From assembly GCA_964457525.1 (NCBI GenBank), contig CAYWGS010000043.1, forward strand, positions 1 through 12,093: a DNA stretch of 12,093 nt, read 5' to 3'. This DNA is from an uncultured Erysipelotrichaceae bacterium. GTDB lineage: Bacteria > Bacillota_I > Bacilli_A > Erysipelotrichales > Erysipelotrichaceae. How positions within the stretch are numbered: the stretch's first letter is position 1; each line of letters starts with the position of its first letter. A model generated the notes under the pieces. The model worked only from the letters and a program-made list of their open reading frames with translations, ran no database searches and was not told where the DNA came from. The translations under genes and the position numbers were made by a program. Positions 7,272 to 12,093 of the stretch are shown piece after piece.

Positions 7272-8284
7272 GACTATTTGAGAGAATTTTTGGATTAAAA
7301 AGAGAAGCTGTACTACTCGATTCATGGCTATATATTATTAAAGCGATGGTTGCGCTTAGTGTAGGTTTTATCTTAGGAAGAACATTTACGATTACTCGAT
7401 TGGATATGATTTCAGTCTTACTTGGAGTGATGTACAATCTTGAACCCTTCAATGTATCAGGCTTAAAAGGTGGTGTTAACCAACTTCTTGCCTCAACGTT
7501 AGGGGCAATTATTACAGGGTTCTTAGTTTATATCATGAACTATCAAGTATCCTTTTTAACCGTTGGTTTAGGTATCGGATTAACCATGTATGTTGCGTTA
7601 AAGATTGATTATCGTTTGGTGTCTCCAGTCACCATCTTTACAAGTATTTATATGACTCAAGCCTTACAATCCAATGCACTAGGGGAACCAAGTGTATTCT
7701 TAACTTTTAGACTAAGAATTTACGCATTAGGTTTAGGTGTATTAGTTGCTCTATTATTTAATTTCATATTCTCATTATTCTATTATCAAAAGATAGGACG
7801 TAAACGTGTTGAATTTGTAAAGATTCAAGCGATCAATGCGTTACACCATAGTATTAAAGGGTTAAAAGATCCATCTCTTATTCAAAGTACAGAATATCGT
7901 TTAGCGAGTGTATTCAATGATGTGGATATGGTTAAATCTAATATTGAGACGATGATGAAAGAACGATTTATACCATTTAATCAAAAAGAGAAGGAACAAT
8001 TATCCGACTTACTTAAGGTTGTAATGCATATCAAAAATATGACTCATTGTGCATATGACAATCTATTTATCGCACATAATTTGGGTGAAGAAATATCAAA
8101 TCGTGATTTGGTTAAGTTAGAGGAAATTGTACATAAACTTGAAGAAATTGATTTCTTAAATAAAAAAGAATCGAGTGTTATACCCAATTCTTTAGAATTT
8201 AATCCAAGTCGTATGTCTCAAAATATTCAATTGATGTTACAAGAGTGCCAAGCAATCTTAACAATCTATAATCAATTAGATTAA
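7268..8284 (+). CDS. FUSC / aromatic-acid-exporter (ArAE, DUF939/YgaE-like) family membrane protein
   Basis: The N-terminal half has several TM helices with Gly-rich stretches (GGVNQLLASTLGAIITG, LRIYALGLGVLVALLF), as in FUSC_2/ArAE domains. The C-terminal roughly 170 aa is a soluble, charged helical domain. ATG 7268 overlaps the upstream TGA (ATGA). Weak SD AGGGA (7257-7261). The family assignment is by resemblance only. Confidence 0.5.
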   Translation: MRLFERIFGLKREAVLLDSWLYIIKAMVALSVGFILGRTFTITRLDMISVLLGVMYNLEPFNVSGLKGGVNQLLASTLGAIITGFLVYIMNYQVSFLTVGLGIGLTMYVALKIDYRLVSPVTIFTSIYMTQALQSNALGEPSVFLTFRLRIYALGLGVLVALLFNFIFSLFYYQKIGRKRVEFVKIQAINALHHSIKGLKDPSLIQSTEYRLASVFNDVDMVKSNIETMMKERFIPFNQKEKEQLSDLLKVVMHIKNMTHCAYDNLFIAHNLGEEISNRDLVKLEEIVHKLEEIDFLNKKESSVIPNSLEFNPSRMSQNIQLMLQECQAILTIYNQLD

Positions 8285-9304
8285 GTGATTCGCCCAAGCT
8301 TTGTTCTTCTTTTTCTGATTGTACACAAAGTTAGAAAATAGAATCGATCCAATCACCGCAATACTGAATCTTCCAATACTTGAATAAAGTATAAAGTTTA
8401 GATTCAGTATACTAAATAATCCATACATAAAGTAATAGACTATAAAATGTGAGAAATAGATAAGTCCTGACTTTACTCGTAAGTCAGAGGCATCTTTATC
8501 GGATGGATAATATAGACAGAGTGAGAATAAGAAGAAGGTTGTTGGGATTATGCTAAAGTACATATTATACTCATACGGATTCGAGTAAGTCACTAACAAC
8601 CCCATTTCTACAAACATCATCACATAACTAAGGATAAATAATACCCAAGTTGTAAGAACACGGATTTTCATATGAATCTGTGTTTTTTGTATCCAATATC
8701 CGATTGAAACAAATAAGAAACCAAAGAATAATCCATTACGAGTTGTGGTAAAGATCTTTAAGAATTGATCCATACTATCCAACAAGAATCCTGAAGGTAA
8801 GAATCCATAATAGGCATCCCCTAATACACCGATACAGAATAAGAGGAAGGCGATAACTACAATCGTAAATGGTTTTAGTTTCTTGCTTAAGTAATAAAGA
8901 AGCAGAACACTTATGATCAGTGCAGGTATAAACCAAAGGTGATAATAAACACCAATAACAGTGAGATTAATTAGGAGATTTGGATATATCGGCATATAGA
9001 ATATAAATGAGATTGGAAGATATAGAACAGTCCAAACTAGATATAACTTAAAATTCTTCTTAACCGATTTAATCACATTTTCTTTACTTAATCCATTTAC
9101 TCCAATAAAATATCCAGAACTGATAAAAAAGAAGGGTACGGCTATACGAGCTAGAATATGCGCTGAGCTAAAATCAATGACAGAATTGTAATCTGATAAA
9201 GGTCTAAAATGAATAATTAGAACTAAAAACGAGACGATATACTTAACGCGATCAATCCATGGGTAATGTAATTTGTTCATATGATTTATTCTATCATTAA
9301 ACAC
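8276..9304 (-). CDS. Acyltransferase family 3 (Acyl_transf_3, OatA-N-terminal-like) integral membrane protein
   Basis: N-terminal WIDRVKYIVSFLVLIIHF and ARIAVPFFFISSGYF match the acyltransferase-3 signature (D..R..a...Vv..H ... vp.FF..SG). About 10 hydrophobic segments. The start is uncertain: GTG 9304 or ATG 9280 (MNKLHYPW), neither with a good SD. Confidence 0.7.
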   Translation of the reverse strand: MFNDRINHMNKLHYPWIDRVKYIVSFLVLIIHFRPLSDYNSVIDFSSAHILARIAVPFFFISSGYFIGVNGLSKENVIKSVKKNFKLYLVWTVLYLPISFIFYMPIYPNLLINLTVIGVYYHLWFIPALIISVLLLYYLSKKLKPFTIVVIAFLLFCIGVLGDAYYGFLPSGFLLDSMDQFLKIFTTTRNGLFFGFLFVSIGYWIQKTQIHMKIRVLTTWVLFILSYVMMFVEMGLLVTYSNPYEYNMYFSIIPTTFFLFSLCLYYPSDKDASDLRVKSGLIYFSHFIVYYFMYGLFSILNLNFILYSSIGRFSIAVIGSILFSNFVYNQKKKNKAWANHLI

Positions 9305-9309
9305 TTCAT

Positions 9310-9338
9310 TTGACGAAATGAATCATTACGCCTATGAT
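9310..9338 (+). promoter_or_regulatory. Candidate sigma-A promoter for the lipoprotein / LtaS-family operon
   Basis: -35 TTGACG (9310-9315) and -10 TATGAT (9333-9338) with 17-nt spacing by count, about 45 nt upstream of ATG 9383. Confidence 0.55.
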
Positions 9339-9382
9339 TTACTTGAAGATGTTGATGAAGTAGGCAACAGAAAGGAGTCTAT

Positions 9383-9832
9383 ATGAATCAATCTATTTTC
9401 TTAAAAGTATTTCTCATTCTCCTTCTTCTGATTACAGGTTTAAGCGCTTGTTCAAAAGAAGAAGAACCCATTGTAGAAAACCCAAGTATCAGTGTTGATG
9501 AAGATGACAGTGGTGTAGAACTAAGTATTCCTGATAGTTATCCGCATGAATTAGTTCCAATTTATCCAAATGCTCATTTATATAGTGTAGTTGAATCCAA
9601 TCAGTCGTATACGATTATGTTTTATTCGAAAGATGAAGTAGAAGATGTAATGGATTTTTATAAGAATGTATTTAGAGATGCTGAGAATAAGATGGAAACT
9701 ATTCAGACAGGATCCTATACTTCTTATGGTGAGCTAGATGGATATACCTATACCATTGATGTTTCAGAAGATAGTGATTTAGAGGGGTACCAAACATTAG
9801 TTATTCTTGGTGTTGTGATGAATCAGAAATAG
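9383..9832 (+). CDS. Small acidic lipoprotein of unknown function
   Basis: Signal peptide MNQSIFLKVFLILLLLITG followed by lipobox LSAC (Cys codon 9449-9451). The mature part is rich in Asp/Glu (EEE, DEDD, SEDSDLE). RBS AAGGAG (9372-9377). Confidence 0.75.
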   Translation: MNQSIFLKVFLILLLLITGLSACSKEEEPIVENPSISVDEDDSGVELSIPDSYPHELVPIYPNAHLYSVVESNQSYTIMFYSKDEVEDVMDFYKNVFRDAENKMETIQTGSYTSYGELDGYTYTIDVSEDSDLEGYQTLVILGVVMNQK

Positions 9833-9842
9833 ATGAGGAAAG

Positions 9843-11792
9843 ATGCATAAAATTTGGCAAACTAGAAGTTTCCTAGGAGTTCTTTACGTTTTATGTTTTA
9901 TCTCAATTGAACTGATTTTTAGATTATTGAATCAGTTTGGTCTACAGGATGTTCATATCGTACGAATTCTATTATTTTCACTTAGTGTTTCATTAGGGAT
10001 TTTTGTTGTGACGTGCTTATTTCCTAAGAAATTACAATTATTTTTACTAAACTTTAGTTTATTATTCCTAGCTTTTATTGCATTAACTCAAGTAAGTTAT
10101 CGACTCTATATGAATGCAAACTACTCCTTTAGGTTGTTCTTTTCTATGGTCTCTAGAGTCGATGATTATGCTACAGACTTTACACAATATATCAAACTCA
10201 TAAACTGTACTGTGTTTATCCCTTTCATAATTTTCTTGGTTATTAGTTTTTTTGTTTCAAAGAAGATGAATCCTGTTAAATTCGTGCATTTAATTATTCC
10301 AACGATTCTTGTGTTTGCATTACATTTCATTGGAATACAATCTCTCACATGGTTTAATCAAGAATCACTCGCTATTAAACCGAGTGAATTATATGATAAT
10401 CCATATATTGCAGATCTTAGTTTGAATCAATTAGGATTATCTCGATTTATAATTCGTGATACTCGAAATTTATTGTTTGGGGTAAAAGAAACGGAAGAAA
10501 TTATTGAGATCATTCCAGAAGACGTTGTGGTTATTACGGAGCCAAGTTATGAAAGAATAATTGATGATACACAATGGATTGATAAGATGAATGCAGAATC
10601 CAATGAAACAATTAAACTAATCGATGAATATTTAATGAATCGACCCATTACTCCTAAGAATGAATATACAGGATTATTCAAGGATAAAAATCTTGTTTAT
10701 ATCATGGTTGAAGCATTTGATTATATGGGAATCGATGAGAAATTGACCCCAACTCTCTATAAAATGACTCAAGATGGATTCTATTTTACGAACTTCTTCT
10801 CTCCACAATACTCTTGTGCTACAGGAGAGAGTGAATTTATTGGTCTTACTTCACTTGTTCCGAGAACGGGTATTTGTTCTCCAAATACGTATACCAATAA
10901 TACGTATAAAACAAGCATTTTTACTCTATTTAATCAAGAAGGATATTTCAGTAGCTCATATCACAATTATTCTGATAAGTTTTATCAAAGAACAGAATTG
11001 CATGTAAATCTCGGAAGTACAAAATTCTATAACAATGATGATCTAGAGATTAAAACACTCAAAGGTTGGCCAAGTGATGTTAATTTAATGGAAGAAGCGT
11101 TTAAGATCTATGGTGATAAGGAACGATTCTTTTCCTACATTATTACCTCATCAACACACTTTCCATATGATGTTGATAGTACATTAGGAAATCGATACAT
11201 CGAACAAATTGATCAATATTATCCAGATTTACCAATGCATGTTAAGCGTTATAAATCAAAGGCGATGGAACTCGATAAATCGATTGAAAGACTCATTCAA
11301 CTATTAGATCATCAAGGTATTCTTGAGGATACTGTACTTATTCTATATGGGGATCATTTCCCACTTAAGACAGAAAAACAACTCTTATTAGATTATGGTA
11401 ATCCCAATAACAATCGTCAAACTGGTTTTAATATCAATACGTTACCAATGATTATATATAATTCAGAAATTAAGGGAAGTGAACTAAAGACGGTTTCTTC
11501 AACCTTTGATCTAGTCCCAACGATCGCTAATTTATTTGATTTAGATTATGATCCGCGTTATTACTTTGGTGTAGATATCTTTGATACAACTCAAGAGAGA
11601 TTTGTGCCATATGCATCATTAAGTTGGAATAACGAATTTGGGGCATACTCGGTTTCAAGTGCTAAATTCTTTCCATATGATTCCAATAACACATTAACTC
11701 CAGAAGAAATTGCTCGAATTAGTAAAATTGTTAAACAAAACTCTGATATATCGTATCGAATCTTAAAAAATGACTATTTCTCTAAGAGATAA
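9843..11792 (+). CDS. LTA synthase (LtaS) family protein: 5-TM N-terminal domain plus extracellular sulfatase/phosphoglycerol-transferase domain
   Basis: Five N-terminal hydrophobic helices, then a sulfatase fold. The LtaS-type catalytic set is conserved: MVEAFD (Glu codon 10710-10712), CATGESEF (candidate nucleophile Thr 10821-10823), SSTHFPY, and LYGDH (Asp-His 11352-11357). It starts 10 nt after the lipoprotein stop codon. Confidence 0.85.
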   Translation: MHKIWQTRSFLGVLYVLCFISIELIFRLLNQFGLQDVHIVRILLFSLSVSLGIFVVTCLFPKKLQLFLLNFSLLFLAFIALTQVSYRLYMNANYSFRLFFSMVSRVDDYATDFTQYIKLINCTVFIPFIIFLVISFFVSKKMNPVKFVHLIIPTILVFALHFIGIQSLTWFNQESLAIKPSELYDNPYIADLSLNQLGLSRFIIRDTRNLLFGVKETEEIIEIIPEDVVVITEPSYERIIDDTQWIDKMNAESNETIKLIDEYLMNRPITPKNEYTGLFKDKNLVYIMVEAFDYMGIDEKLTPTLYKMTQDGFYFTNFFSPQYSCATGESEFIGLTSLVPRTGICSPNTYTNNTYKTSIFTLFNQEGYFSSSYHNYSDKFYQRTELHVNLGSTKFYNNDDLEIKTLKGWPSDVNLMEEAFKIYGDKERFFSYIITSSTHFPYDVDSTLGNRYIEQIDQYYPDLPMHVKRYKSKAMELDKSIERLIQLLDHQGILEDTVLILYGDHFPLKTEKQLLLDYGNPNNNRQTGFNINTLPMIIYNSEIKGSELKTVSSTFDLVPTIANLFDLDYDPRYYFGVDIFDTTQERFVPYASLSWNNEFGAYSVSSAKFFPYDSNNTLTPEEIARISKIVKQNSDISYRILKNDYFSKR

Positions 11793-11827
11793 CATGATAG
11801 GATAATAAATAATTAGGAGGTGTGTTT

Positions 11828-12034
11828 ATGGCTTATAAAGATCCAAAATTTTCACTTTATCGTTCAAAAGATGGTGCAATTCTAGGTGGAGTTTGTTCAG
11901 GTTTATCTGAATCACTAAAGATTGATGTTACGATTATTCGTATCTTATTCTTAATCCCACTTTTAGTATTTGGCACAGGTGCATTGGCTTACATTGTTTG
12001 TTGGATAGTATTTCCTGAAAAAGAGACTTATTAA
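11828..12034 (+). CDS. PspC-domain membrane protein (minimal, about 68 aa)
   Basis: LYRSKDGAILGGVCSGLSESLKIDVTIIRILFLI...GALAYIVCWIVFP matches the PspC-domain pattern (L.RS....I.GVC.GLA.y...D...vR........G.g...Y...W...P). I prefer ATG 11828 over the track's GTG 11822 because AGGAGG (11815-11820) lies 7 nt upstream. Confidence 0.8.
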   Translation: MAYKDPKFSLYRSKDGAILGGVCSGLSESLKIDVTIIRILFLIPLLVFGTGALAYIVCWIVFPEKETY

Positions 12035-12093
12035 TTGATTCTTATTTCAGTTTAGGATTCATTACATAAATTAGAATAAAACCTAATACAATT

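Noticed and set aside
6717-7452. Minus-strand ORFs 6717-6905 and 7222-7452
   Set aside because: They are antisense to the DUF5131 and FUSC-like CDSs, short, and have no RBS or motifs.
6507-8284. Prophage or mobile-element remnant, suggested by the phage Gp37/Gp68 family name
   Set aside because: No integrase, recombinase, transposase, structural phage gene, attachment-site-like direct repeat or tRNA is present anywhere in the window, and the flanks are core metabolic genes. I did not compute GC or codon statistics, so an old horizontal acquisition cannot be excluded.
10166-11007. ORFs 10166-10348 (-) and 10774-11007 (+) inside the LtaS-family gene
   Set aside because: They are nested in or out of frame with a 649-aa CDS that has conserved catalytic motifs. 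They are shadow ORFs.
12035-12093. Possible terminator after the PspC-domain gene
   Set aside because: Only a 5-bp TTAGG/CCTAA pairing with a long interrupted loop, and no T-run. This is not convincing, and the window ends here.
1-12093. CRISPR arrays, tandem or long inverted repeats, rRNA/tRNA genes, toxin-antitoxin or defence-system gene pairs
   Set aside because: Reading the intergenic regions (1-336, 1717-1782, 3335-3541, 6498-6524, 9305-9382, 11793-11827, 12035-12093) showed only promoters, terminators and the riboswitch. Every long ORF has an ordinary metabolic or envelope assignment except the DUF5131 / FUSC-like pair already reported.

Overview
AT-rich window with the look of a low-GC Gram-positive (Bacillota-type) chromosome: AGGAG-type ribosome binding sites, hairpin plus T-run terminators, a purine riboswitch and an LTA-synthase-family gene. 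The content is mostly core metabolism and cell envelope, not a mobile or defence island. In order: (1) the last 54 nt of an upstream gene and its terminator. (2) A sigma-A-type promoter, a guanine-class purine riboswitch with its own terminator, and an AzgA/PbuG-type purine permease. (3) An NfsA-like nitroreductase gene overlapping an aldo/keto reductase gene. (4) pflB-pflA (pyruvate formate-lyase and its radical-SAM activase), preceded by an AT-rich leader carrying a Rex/Crp-Fnr-like palindrome and a cre-like site. (5) A DUF5131 (phage Gp37/Gp68 family) protein with an N-terminal CX6CX2C motif, directly behind pflA and overlapping by ATGA the start of a FUSC/ArAE-like membrane protein. (6) A convergent minus-strand acyltransferase-3 membrane protein. 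(7) A divergent envelope cluster: small acidic lipoprotein, LtaS-family sulfatase-domain enzyme and a minimal PspC-domain protein. I found no rRNA, tRNA, CRISPR array, transposase, integrase or long repeat. The only candidate for something undescribed is the orphan DUF5131 / FUSC-like pair behind pflBA, and that is a modest lead rather than a clear new system. All protein calls come from motifs I recognise in the supplied translations; no database search was possible.
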